DNA from: an uncultured Lentisphaeria bacterium
GTDB taxonomy: Bacteria > Verrucomicrobiota > Lentisphaeria > JABSQK01 > JAJFLO01
DNA: 32,000 nt
NCBI GenBank assembly: GCA_951812855.1
Contig: OX638337.1
Location: 1,590,001 to 1,622,000 of the forward strand
Reading direction: 5' to 3'
A program made the position numbers and the translations under genes. Position 1 is the stretch's first letter. Each line of letters begins with the position of its first letter. This document shows, piece after piece, positions 9,154-18,103 of the stretch. The notes beneath the pieces were generated by a model that saw only the letters and a program-made list of their open reading frames with translations, had not been told where the DNA came from and made no database searches.

Positions 9154-10287
9154 TTAACTTGAAGAAGCATAATTTACAATGTCTGCTGCAATTGAATCCA
9201 GGGTTATATTGCCGCCTGTATTGTTTAGAGTCCAGATTCGACCCCATTGATAATCTTCAATTTTTTCTTCTAACAGTTTTTTACGTTCTGCAGTTGATAT
9301 TTGCCTTTCTATTTTCTCAAGTGCATCGTGTTCTGAAATGCTATAGATTTCCATCAGTCTCTTTAATCTTACTTTTTTAGAAGCATTGACTAAAATGACA
9401 TTATTATTAACCAGATTTGTCCAATTTGCTTCAACTAATATGGCTCCTTCAATTATATTTATTCCTAATGGAGTTTCTCTTGTTTCTTCGTATAACCTGG
9501 CAAGCATAGGTTCATGCATCAATTGATTTAATTCAGTTAATGATGCTGCATCTGAAAATACTATTTTCCCCAATTTCTGTCGATCAATCGTTCCGTCCTT
9601 CTTTAAAATTTTCTTCCCAAATCGGCTAACAATTTTTTCTCTGGTTTTTTGATAAATAGAACCGTCCGTTGCTTCTAATACATGATGACCTATCTCGTCC
9701 AGGCTTATGTATGATGTTGTAACTTGTTGATTAATTGTTCCCACTAACTTCTTTGCAATATATGTTTTTCCTGCTGCGATGCTGCCGGCGACTCCAACTG
9801 TGAACTTTCCCAGTATTTTTTTTTCGAGTCTTTCTTTTACACACAGTGGGCAATAATCACTGACATCTCCTCCTTCTTCAACGATTGCCTTGACTATCCC
9901 TGAACTTATGTGAGATAATTGGCGGCGTGTTGGGAAAAAGACCGTATCAACAGATGGGTGCAGCGTTTGGCTAACTGCAAATTGAACTAATTCACCCTCT
10001 AAGTCAGAATTATTTCGAACACCGCGTATAATTACATCGAAATCATTTCTATAAGCAAACTCTCCAAGTAATCCTGAAAAACTCAAACATTTAACATTCT
10101 GGAACTGATGCAGACATTTTTTCGCTAAATCAAGTCGTTCTCTGACCGTTAAAAGATAGTGACCGGTTTTACTGGGGTTTTCACCTATTGCGACCGTTAC
10201 TTCATCATATGTTTGGGCAGCACGTTTGACAATATCGATATGTCCATAGGTTATTGGGTCACCTGAAAATGCGTAAATTGCTTTCAA
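9154..10287 (-). CDS. coaD/coaE: Fusion of phosphopantetheine adenylyltransferase (CoaD) and dephospho-CoA kinase (CoaE)
   Basis: The N-terminal ~160 aa carry the PPAT signature AIYAFSGDPITYGHIDIVKRA...ISSGIVKAI. The C-terminal ~210 aa carry the DPCK P-loop VGVAGSIAAGKT and FGKKILKKDGTIDRQKLGKIVFSD...LNQLMHEPM. It is one uninterrupted frame with a TTG start and GGAGG upstream. Confidence 0.85.
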   Translation of the reverse strand: MKAIYAFSGDPITYGHIDIVKRAAQTYDEVTVAIGENPSKTGHYLLTVRERLDLAKKCLHQFQNVKCLSFSGLLGEFAYRNDFDVIIRGVRNNSDLEGELVQFAVSQTLHPSVDTVFFPTRRQLSHISSGIVKAIVEEGGDVSDYCPLCVKERLEKKILGKFTVGVAGSIAAGKTYIAKKLVGTINQQVTTSYISLDEIGHHVLEATDGSIYQKTREKIVSRFGKKILKKDGTIDRQKLGKIVFSDAASLTELNQLMHEPMLARLYEETRETPLGINIIEGAILVEANWTNLVNNNVILVNASKKVRLKRLMEIYSISEHDALEKIERQISTAERKKLLEEKIEDYQWGRIWTLNNTGGNITLDSIAADIVNYASSS

Positions 10288-10557
10288 ATTTTATAGTCCT
10301 CCAATTTGGGTCAAATATTTAGTGTGACGTTATAATGTGAGGTAACATTAGGCAATTGGCAAATTTTTACTCTGAATCGAATTGTGTTTTAGAAATTCAG
10401 ATTCCTCATTTGAGGCGGGAATTTACTAAACCTCTTAATTAAGAGGTTAACTGACCTTATCAGTAAAATATTAGTGCCGGCTGGTTTTCGATTTATTTAT
10501 TAGATTTTAACCGCGAATTATCGACAAGACCTGGGGAGGGTTGTCATTTTTAATTCT

Positions 10558-10716
10558 TCAAATATCTTCGAGGCATTCGTAAGCAGTAACCATTCCGAAA
10601 TCAGGCATCTTCACGCTGCCCCGTTCATCCGCCATAATATTTTGTGGTTTAATATAACGATGGATAGCGGGATAACTGGACCATAGAAAATGAAGTCGGG
10701 AGTCTGAACTCCTTGA
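10558..10716 (-). pseudogene. Relic of a Hanks-type Ser/Thr protein kinase (catalytic loop to DFG only)
   Basis: A 52-codon open stretch with no usable start translates to ...LHFLWSSYPAIHRYIKPQNIMADERGSVKMPDFGMVTAYECLEDI*. HRYIKPQN matches HRDxKPxN (D to Y), and DFG follows after exactly the canonical 12 residues. The sequence terminates right after subdomain VII and has an in-frame stop just upstream. Confidence 0.6.
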
Positions 10717-10772
10717 TCACAATGTCTGCGAATCATAGCATGACTTATTTATTCTGGATTGGAATGATTCAA

Positions 10773-11408
10773 TTAATGCGACTGTAATCCAACAATGAAT
10801 TCAGCCCGCCGATTTTTTGAATGGATTGACTCGGAGTCACCACTTTGCAGTGGTTTATCTTCCCCATAGGAAATTGTTGTGATCCGTTGATCATTTATTG
10901 CCAATTTTTCCAAATACTTTTGTACTGCAATCGCTCTTTTTTCACCCAATACTCTATTATACTCTTCACTGCCACGTTCATCACAATGTCCTTCAATTAT
11001 TAAGGAATACCTGGGATGTTCTAAGAGATATTCTGCAAGTTTTTCTAATTTTATCCGCTCGGTTTCGCCGATAAATGATTGATTATAGGCAAAATGAATT
11101 GGGGTCCAGCGCCGATCTTCAATTTTCTCAAAATTATCTTCCTGAGAATCCGGAGCTGTGCCACTAAATACTTGCCATTTTAAATCAACAGGAATTAATG
11201 GAACTGGATTTTCGTCTTCAACACTGTCACTGAAGGGAATGAGTTCTGCGATATTTGATTCCTTTTGTTCATCTTGGTGATCAGTTACAGGATTTGATGA
11301 TATCGGATCATAGACTCCAGGCTGATAATTCAGGTCTAATTGCGGTTTATTGCACCCCGCGAATAAAACACCGCTGAACAGGAGAATTATAACAAATTTG
11401 TGATCCAT
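10773..11408 (-). CDS. pal: Peptidoglycan-associated lipoprotein (OmpA-family)
   Basis: Lipobox LFAGC; OmpA-like C-terminal domain IIEGHCDERGSEEYNRVLGEKRAIAV...NRRAEF; AAGGAG 6 nt before the ATG. Confidence 0.85.
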   Translation of the reverse strand: MDHKFVIILLFSGVLFAGCNKPQLDLNYQPGVYDPISSNPVTDHQDEQKESNIAELIPFSDSVEDENPVPLIPVDLKWQVFSGTAPDSQEDNFEKIEDRRWTPIHFAYNQSFIGETERIKLEKLAEYLLEHPRYSLIIEGHCDERGSEEYNRVLGEKRAIAVQKYLEKLAINDQRITTISYGEDKPLQSGDSESIHSKNRRAEFIVGLQSH

Positions 11409-11760
11409 GATGTACTCCTTGTTATATTAGTGGAAAATGATCCTGATCTCAGCCGTTGAACTATAGGGAGAATCAAGTTTGACTAAGATTGTGTAAAATA
11501 TACAGACACAGATAAAATTATTATTGTTGGTAACGCTTCATTAATGTTTTATATATATGGAATATATTCGATTTCAAGTGGAAATTAAAATTCTAAGTAT
11601 CAATTTTTACCGTATCAATTATTCTTGAAGGTTATTACTTGAATGAAGACGATTAATTTTGAGTTAGTTTTTTTTGACAATCATTATGTTTAGCGTATTT
11701 TAGGGCGGTTTAAATCGTTTGTGATGGTAATATTCGGTCAAATTTTTTAATAGAGGCGTT

Positions 11761-12285
11761 ATGGCTTCAGTTAATTCTAAATTGATTATTTTGTCAGAAC
11801 AGCTTGAAGGTCAGAAAATTCATGAATTGTCTGAACAGATGTACAACATTGGCCGTATTGAGGAACGATCTGTTTGCATTCCTGATACAACGGTAAGTAC
11901 AACTCATTGTGAGTTAGTTCGAAATGAAGAAGGTTCATACAGGGTTGTTGATCTGGGAAGTTCTAATGGTACACGAATTAATGGAGCACTGATCACCGGG
12001 CAGACATTAAATCACGGCGATATGCTTCAAGTTGGAGGAATTGAAATATTATATCATTCTGATGATGAAGATGGAGGCACTGGGCAAACTGCAGCAACCG
12101 GGATTAATTTGGAGGATACTGCAGGGGGATTGCAAATTCAGGATTTAGGCAACGTCGATCCATTTAAAAAAGGAAACAGAAAGAGCAATAGTAAAATTGT
12201 AAAAATAGTACTTACAGCTACATTTTCCATATTGGGGTTGATTGTTTTATTGTCCTTAGGGAAACTAATTCTTAAAATGTTTTAA
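11761..12285 (+). CDS. FHA domain protein with C-terminal membrane anchor
   Basis: FHA signature YNIGRIEERSVCIPDTTVSTTHCEL...VVDLGSSNGTRINGALI, followed by a C-terminal TM helix (IVLTATFSILGLIVLLSLG). Confidence 0.85.
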   Translation: MASVNSKLIILSEQLEGQKIHELSEQMYNIGRIEERSVCIPDTTVSTTHCELVRNEEGSYRVVDLGSSNGTRINGALITGQTLNHGDMLQVGGIEILYHSDDEDGGTGQTAATGINLEDTAGGLQIQDLGNVDPFKKGNRKSNSKIVKIVLTATFSILGLIVLLSLGKLILKMF

Positions 12286-12721
12286 GTGTAAAAAATAACT
12301 GATTATCAATGCTGATGTGCCCTGTTTGTTGCATGCATCATTACTGCATGCCCATCTTCTTCCATTCTCGACCTTAATTTTAGCCTGTATTTTGCTCAAG
12401 AGTACGTCTGGAAGTATGTCAGTGATCGCTATTTTTTTTATTTTGAATGCATATGAGGGGATAGCAGAACTATACTCTTTAGAAAAATGCAGCTCGAAAA
12501 ATTATTTTATCTTTGCTTGTTGTACCATTAATGTAGCGGGTTGACTGTCGAGTTTGTTAAAATTTTAATTTCAATCACCTTACAGCATGTCAGGCAGAAT
12601 AACGATGGTATTTTTATGTTTCATTTTTAGCGTAACTTGTGCAGTATGACATAGTGTGTATGTGTGATAAAAAGAGTGATTTCGAGATGATCAGATTTAT
12701 ATAGATTAAGGATCTAAATTT

Positions 12722-14725
12722 ATGCCATTACATGAAAATGATAGGGAAAAGCCTATATCTGAAAAAGAACCACGAGAATCCCGAGATGATGATTCAGGAC
12801 ATGGAACTGATGGAAAAAGTAGAAAGCTCGAGTCAAAATTCAATTCTCCATCTCCTCAGGGTTATGTCGTTTGGCTGATAATTTTACTGGCAATTCCGCT
12901 TGGTCTTTTTTATTTTCATAATCAGGAGGAAGCCGATACTCTGAAGAGTTCAGAATTCGAGTCTGCGTTACAGGAAGGCAGAATTGTCAGTGTGGTAATC
13001 CAGCATGAACCCGCATCAGGCAGTAGAAAAATTATTGGGGATTATCGACCTGATGACAGTGCTGTCACACGAAGATATAAGCTGGAAGTAATCTATACCG
13101 ATGCGTTAGATCAGTTGATTCGCGAGAGTTGTGATGACAGGAAAACTGAAAATGTATCGAATTTCTTCGGCAATTTAATGATCTCATTATTTCCTATTCT
13201 TCTGCTTGTTCTAATCATTTATATTCTTTTTGCCCGTCAAATTAAAACCGCGGGAAAGAGTGCCTTTCAATTTGGAAAAAGTCGGGCAAGACTTAACCAG
13301 AATTCTGAAAAGATTACGTTTTCTAATGTTGCAGGTATTGAAGAAGCAAAAGAAGAAATCGAAGAAATAATCGAGTATCTGAAGGACCCGGAAAAATTTC
13401 ATCGGCTTGGCGGTAAAATCCCACGTGGAGTGCTTATGGTTGGACCACCGGGCACAGGAAAAACATTATTAGCTAAGGCAATTGCCGGGGAAGCGGACGT
13501 ACCTTTTTTTAGTATTAGTGGATCAGACTTTGTTGAAATGTTTGTTGGAGTGGGTGCAAGCCGTGTCAGAGATATGTTTGAACAGGGAAAGCGTAGCTCC
13601 CCATGCATAATTTTTATCGATGAAATCGATGCAGTTGGGCGTTCCCGATTTAGTGGAATTGGCGGCGGACATGATGAACGTGAACAAACCTTAAATGCCC
13701 TTTTAGTTGAAATGGATGGATTCGAGGGGGATTCCGGAGTTATTGTAGTTGCTGCGACAAACCGACCGGATGTGCTGGATCCTGCATTGCTGAGACCCGG
13801 ACGGTTTGACCGTCAGATAACCATAGACCTGCCGGATGTAAAAGGACGTTTTGGGATACTTAAGGTTCACGTTAAGAAGGTTAAAATAAATGAAGAAGTT
13901 GATCTTAATATCATTGCCAGAGGAACGCCGGGATTCAGCGGAGCGGATTTAGCTAATTTGATTAATGAAGCTGCTTTGCTCGCTGCCGGAATGGATAAAA
14001 AAGCCATAGAAATGGATGATTTGGAAGAGGCCAGGGATAAGGTTCGATGGGGTAAAGAACGAAGAAGCCGTAAAATGGACATTAGGGATCGAGAGATTAC
14101 AGCTTACCATGAAGCCGGACACGCACTCGTGTCTCTGTATTGCAAACTTGCTATGCCACTGCATAAAGTTACAATAATACCTCGGGGATCTGCTTTGGGT
14201 GCAACAATGTATTTGCCTGAAAAAGATCCGATTCATCTTTCCCGATCTGAAATTTTAGATACGATATCGACTATTTTGGGGGGGCGATATGCTGAGAAGT
14301 TAATTTTTGATGAAATAACCAGTGGTGCATCAATGGATATTAAACAGGCTACTGGTTTGGCTCGTAATATGGTGTGTGTATGGGGGATGAGTGAGAATTT
14401 AGGATTTCTCAGTTATGACACACGGGAGGAACATATATACGTTGGCAGGGACATTACACGGAAAGTTGATTACAGTGAAGTTACTGCTCGCGAAATTGAT
14501 TTGGAAATAAAAAGCATCGTTGATAATGCAGCTGCAAGGACAGAGAAAATTTTGACGGATCATAAAGATCAGTTAGTTTTATTAGGTAAGACTTTACTTG
14601 AGAAGGAAACTATGGATGTTAAAGAAATTAAAATTTTGCTGGGGTTTCCTATTGATTCAGACAGTGAAGAGACATCAGATGCAGAAGATTCTAATAAGGA
14701 AACTGATGTCACAGAAGAAAATTAG
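12722..14725 (+). CDS. ftsH: ATP-dependent zinc metalloprotease FtsH
   Basis: Two TM helices, Walker A GPPGTGKT, Walker [32 protein letters not shown] and the zinc site HEAGHA. It has charged N- and C-terminal extensions. Confidence 0.96.
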   Translation: MPLHENDREKPISEKEPRESRDDDSGHGTDGKSRKLESKFNSPSPQGYVVWLIILLAIPLGLFYFHNQEEADTLKSSEFESALQEGRIVSVVIQHEPASGSRKIIGDYRPDDSAVTRRYKLEVIYTDALDQLIRESCDDRKTENVSNFFGNLMISLFPILLLVLIIYILFARQIKTAGKSAFQFGKSRARLNQNSEKITFSNVAGIEEAKEEIEEIIEYLKDPEKFHRLGGKIPRGVLMVGPPGTGKTLLAKAIAGEADVPFFSISGSDFVEMFVGVGASRVRDMFEQGKRSSPCIIFIDEIDAVGRSRFSGIGGGHDEREQTLNALLVEMDGFEGDSGVIVVAATNRPDVLDPALLRPGRFDRQITIDLPDVKGRFGILKVHVKKVKINEEVDLNIIARGTPGFSGADLANLINEAALLAAGMDKKAIEMDDLEEARDKVRWGKERRSRKMDIRDREITAYHEAGHALVSLYCKLAMPLHKVTIIPRGSALGATMYLPEKDPIHLSRSEILDTISTILGGRYAEKLIFDEITSGASMDIKQATGLARNMVCVWGMSENLGFLSYDTREEHIYVGRDITRKVDYSEVTAREIDLEIKSIVDNAAARTEKILTDHKDQLVLLGKTLLEKETMDVKEIKILLGFPIDSDSEETSDAEDSNKETDVTEEN

Positions 14726-14778
14726 AACACGGTTTGAGATCGACAAATTCAAAATATTCACTTTGGAGTGTAGATTGC

Positions 14779-14799
14779 GTCATTCTGAATGAGAATGAC
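14779..14799 (+). terminator. Hairpin downstream of ftsH (weak terminator candidate)
   Basis: gtcattct / gaatg / agaatgac, a perfect 8-bp stem 54 nt after the ftsH stop. No U-run follows. Confidence 0.25.
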
Positions 14800-14892
14800 C
14801 TAAGAAATTACCCTTTTATCCGGGACTGTTAATCATCGTGTATACCTCTTAGATCGGTATGTTTTGCCAAATTCAAAATTTCGCTGTATTAT

Positions 14893-15176
14893 TTGGAGTC
14901 TATATTGTTTTCACCTCCAATTAGTATAAGGAACATGGGGGATAGGTGTTTTTGGGTATCATTGGTTTTGAAGGTCGATTTGATTATGCTGCTGTTGGTG
15001 TCGTTACAAATTTATCTGCAAGAATATGCAGCAAAGCTGAAGGAAGACAAATTTTGGTTTCTCAAAATACGTATGAAATGGTAAAAGATCAGTTTGAAAC
15101 TACTCCATGTGGTGAAATCGATTTCAAAGGGTTTTCAAAATTACAGTCGGTGTACGAAATTAATAATAAAAAATAA
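14893..15176 (+). pseudogene. Relic of a class III adenylate/guanylate cyclase (C-terminal third of the catalytic domain)
   Basis: The frame from 14946 reads FLGIIGFEGRFDYAAVGVVTNLSARICSKAEGRQILVSQNTYEMVKDQFETTPCGEIDFKGFSKLQSVYEI. This matches GxxG...dYtxxGdxVNxAxRlexxaxxgxIlvSxxty...lKG...vYel. An in-frame TAG sits immediately upstream. A neighbouring frame (14893 on) carries ...SIRNMGDRCFW, so a frameshift or deletion has occurred. The N-terminal two thirds, including the metal-binding Asp residues, are absent. Confidence 0.6.
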
Positions 15177-15268
15177 AATCTGATGAGTTTGATTACGTGA
15201 CGGTAAGGCTGGAAAAACGAGTCAGGTTAGTTGAAAATAAAGTAAGACTTTAAGAAGGGTTTTTATTA

Positions 15269-15787
15269 ATGAATACTAAATCTACTTATTCAATCGTAAA
15301 GTTAATGATTTTATTCATCATGATTTCGATGATGACATTTGCTGGAAATAAAGATGAAAATAGAGTTGAGGGAAGTCATTCTAAGGGTGTTATTAAAAAA
15401 GAATCTATAACAGAGTTGAAGACAAAGAAAGAGAGAAAATCACTAACAGATCTCCGGGATGAAATAAGAAAAATCAGTCAAAAAATCAACGCCAGGCGTC
15501 GAAGCTTATACAAGGAGGATGAAGAAATTAAAAACCTTCAAAATCAAATAAGTGATCTTCAAAAAAAGGTAAATCAGGTTATCTCTAATGATAAAGAATA
15601 TACTGAATTGATGAAATCCCGGCAAAAATTACGAGAAGAATTAAACATCCATTATAAGAGCAGGAGATCTTCAAATAGAATGTCGAGGCCAGGAGGATCT
15701 GGTCGACCTGGAATGCGTACTCCAAGAAATTTAAACAAAAAATCAAGTGAGATGTCGCCGGCAGGCACTGAGGCTGATAAGAAGTAA
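15269..15787 (+). CDS. Hypothetical secreted coiled-coil protein
   Basis: Signal-peptide-like N-terminus (IVKLMILFIMISMMTFAG), a Lys/Glu-rich heptad-like middle and an Arg/Pro/Gly-rich basic tail. I recognise no family. Confidence 0.55.
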   Translation: MNTKSTYSIVKLMILFIMISMMTFAGNKDENRVEGSHSKGVIKKESITELKTKKERKSLTDLRDEIRKISQKINARRRSLYKEDEEIKNLQNQISDLQKKVNQVISNDKEYTELMKSRQKLREELNIHYKSRRSSNRMSRPGGSGRPGMRTPRNLNKKSSEMSPAGTEADKK

Positions 15788-15962
15788 ATTTGATTTATTA
15801 TTGAATCGTTTAGAGCCTGGGACGGGGTTGGATTTTTCGCTTTGTCGGAAAAATTGTTGGTGCTTCGGGGACAAAATACGACAATAAAACAAACAGTATG
15901 CAAACTGATATCGTCATGGTTTACACTACATTTTTTTTCAAAATAATAATAAAAATTGAATC

Positions 15963-16142
15963 TTAGCTATCTATTGAAATAACCTGTTTGTCTTTATAAA
16001 AACCACACGATTTGCATGCACAGTGCGGTAATTTTATTTCTCCACATTTCGGGCATGAAACCGTTTGTATTCCTTTGTATCGATTTGCCGCTTTTCGCTG
16101 TCTGCATTTTGTCTTTGAGACTTTTCTCTGTTGAACAGCCAT
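15963..16142 (-). CDS. rpmF: 50S ribosomal protein L32
   Basis: 59 aa, below the ORF-track cutoff: MAVQQRKVSKTKCRQRKAANRYKGIQTVSCPKCGEIKLPHCACKSCGFYKDKQVISIDS. It has the canonical MAVxxRKxSK N-terminus and a CxxC...CxxC zinc ribbon. Confidence 0.9.
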   Translation of the reverse strand: MAVQQRKVSKTKCRQRKAANRYKGIQTVSCPKCGEIKLPHCACKSCGFYKDKQVISIDS

Positions 16143-16271
16143 TTTTATTCTCTCTTAATTGAAGATAATTTAATTCAGTTAACCCGTTTTATTCAAAAAA
16201 TCAAAAGACCTACGGTAGTCTACACATTGGTGAATTCAATTTATAAAAAATGGAAAATTGATTTTTAAATT

Positions 16272-17087
16272 ATGACTTATAGTGAATTTAAATTAATTTT
16301 ACAGAATGAAAAAACTTATAAGTCTTCAGATAATAAGAGGTTTTTGATCAGTATAATACCTGGTTTTAAGACATTGTTTTTCTACTTACGTATATGTTTG
16401 GTGAACTACATTGCGTCCCGAAAATGCAAGAAAATGGAAAATTATTTTCACGAATGGGGAAGAGATTCCTACTCACATATCAAATCTGTTGAAGCTATAG
16501 GCGGGAAATTGCATCTGGAGGGTTTTGAGAATTTAGAAGATTTAAATAAACCTGTCGTGTTTATCGGTAACCATATGAGTTCATTAGAATCAATGATATT
16601 ACCAGCGATAATATTGCCTTTCATGGAAGTAACCTATGTCATAAAATCTGCACTGTTAAACTATCCTTTATTGGGAATAATTCTGAAAAAAGTTGAGGCA
16701 GTAACAGTCTCAAGAAGCAACCCTAAGGAGGATTTTAAAAAAGTCTTTGATGTAGCGGGGAAAATGCTTCAAAATGGCCGATCAATAATTATTTTTCCGC
16801 AGCAGACACGATCATTTTCATTTAATCCCAGGAGTTTTAATTCAATCGGAATTAAATTGGCTAAAAAAGAAGGTGTTCCGGTTATCCCCGTTGCTGTTAA
16901 AACGGATTTTTGGTCAAATGGAAAAGTAATTAAAGACTTTGGCCCTGTGGACATATCAAAGACTGTTCGAGTTAGTTTTGGTGAGCCAATCAATATAAGT
17001 TCTAATGGTAAAACAGAACATAAAAAGGTGTTGGATTATATCGATTCACATTTGAAACATTGGAATGGAAAGAATGGTGCGGCTTAA
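16272..17087 (+). CDS. Lysophospholipid acyltransferase family protein (PlsC-like)
   Basis: Motif I variant FIGNHMSSLES (H-x4-E instead of H-x4-D), motif III IIIFPQQTRS and motif IV-like VPVIPVAV, with an N-terminal hydrophobic segment. Confidence 0.75.
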   Translation: MTYSEFKLILQNEKTYKSSDNKRFLISIIPGFKTLFFYLRICLVNYIASRKCKKMENYFHEWGRDSYSHIKSVEAIGGKLHLEGFENLEDLNKPVVFIGNHMSSLESMILPAIILPFMEVTYVIKSALLNYPLLGIILKKVEAVTVSRSNPKEDFKKVFDVAGKMLQNGRSIIIFPQQTRSFSFNPRSFNSIGIKLAKKEGVPVIPVAVKTDFWSNGKVIKDFGPVDISKTVRVSFGEPINISSNGKTEHKKVLDYIDSHLKHWNGKNGAA

Positions 17088-17146
17088 ACTCTCTAATGGT
17101 TTCTCTACCTATTCAAAAGTCCCAATATAGAATCAGGGTTAATCGT

Positions 17147-18094
17147 TTAAATTCGCCTTTGACAGGCTGAAATCACCAGGTTTTTACATAAACTTCGAAA
17201 TGAGATATCTGCAACCTCTGCAGCCTTTGGGAGCAGGCTGTGCTGTGTGAATCCGGGAATGCTGTTTGCTTCTAAAACATATGGAGCAAATGTTTTTTGA
17301 TCCAGCAGTATATCTACACGCAGCATATCTCTTGCATTCAGTTTTTCATATATTAATTCTGCCAGTCGTTGAATTTCGTGTTGTTTGCCAACGGGCACGC
17401 TTTTTGGGGGACATAAATATTCTGTATCACCATTAGTATATTTGTATTTTGCATCGAAATCGAATACGTCACCTGGCGGAATTATTTCTACAATAGGCAG
17501 TGCTTTCCCATAAAGCAATCCAACAGTAATTTCTATTCCTGTGAAGTAGGATTCTGCAATCAAATTAGTCTCAATGGTAAAGGCGTTTTTAAGAAAATTA
17601 TCCCAATCGGATTGGTTGTTTATGATCGCTTGTCCGATTGTTGATCCACCGGTATTTTGTTTTAATATCACTGGGAAATCTAAATTTTCAGGTAATGACT
17701 GATCTTTGGATGTGATTAAACCTGAAGGTAAAACAGGTATTCCTGCATTTATTAACTCCAATTTTGATAAATGTTTGTTAATAATGATAGAACTGGAAAA
17801 TGAATTGCATCCTACATAAGCAAAATTATTGTCTTCCAGTACTTTTTGCAGTTGACCGTCTTCACCGTAGTTTCCATGTAAAGCTGGAAATACAACATCA
17901 ATATTTTCATCCAGATATAAATCAGCAGGATTAGAAAAAATAATCGTATGAACCGAAAAACCGCTTTCTGTAAGGGCATTTGCAATCGCTTGCCCGGAGT
18001 TTAGTGAAATTTCATTTTCACTTGATGGACCTCCCATTAATACAGCTACGCGAATGGTTGTTGGTTTGATGCAAATATTATCGTTATTTAACAT
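17147..18094 (-). CDS. ddl: D-alanine--D-alanine ligase
   Basis: VAVLMGGPSSENEISLNSG, VFPALHGNYGEDGQLQ, ATP-grasp core and EANSIPGFT. Confidence 0.92.
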   Translation of the reverse strand: MLNNDNICIKPTTIRVAVLMGGPSSENEISLNSGQAIANALTESGFSVHTIIFSNPADLYLDENIDVVFPALHGNYGEDGQLQKVLEDNNFAYVGCNSFSSSIIINKHLSKLELINAGIPVLPSGLITSKDQSLPENLDFPVILKQNTGGSTIGQAIINNQSDWDNFLKNAFTIETNLIAESYFTGIEITVGLLYGKALPIVEIIPPGDVFDFDAKYKYTNGDTEYLCPPKSVPVGKQHEIQRLAELIYEKLNARDMLRVDILLDQKTFAPYVLEANSIPGFTQHSLLPKAAEVADISFRSLCKNLVISACQRRI

Positions 18095-18103
18095 TTGAAA
18101 TAA

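Noticed and set aside
12317-12544. 75-aa ORF in the FHA-ftsH spacer
   Set aside because: It uses a non-ATG start, has no RBS, and its sequence is Leu/His/Cys-rich and odd with no motif. I also translated the minus strand here and found only a start-less open stretch. A 7-bp hairpin (GCATGCA/tcattac/TGCATGC, about 12335-12355) is the only structure noted, and it may be the terminator of the FHA gene.
13211-14236. Antisense and off-frame ORFs inside ftsH (and similar ones inside nadB, the M24 peptidase gene, murC, coaD-coaE, gltA, panB, tadA, ruvA, ruvB, the SH3 gene and the NusG-like gene)
   Set aside because: Each is fully nested in a strongly supported gene carrying complete family motifs. 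None shows an independent motif.
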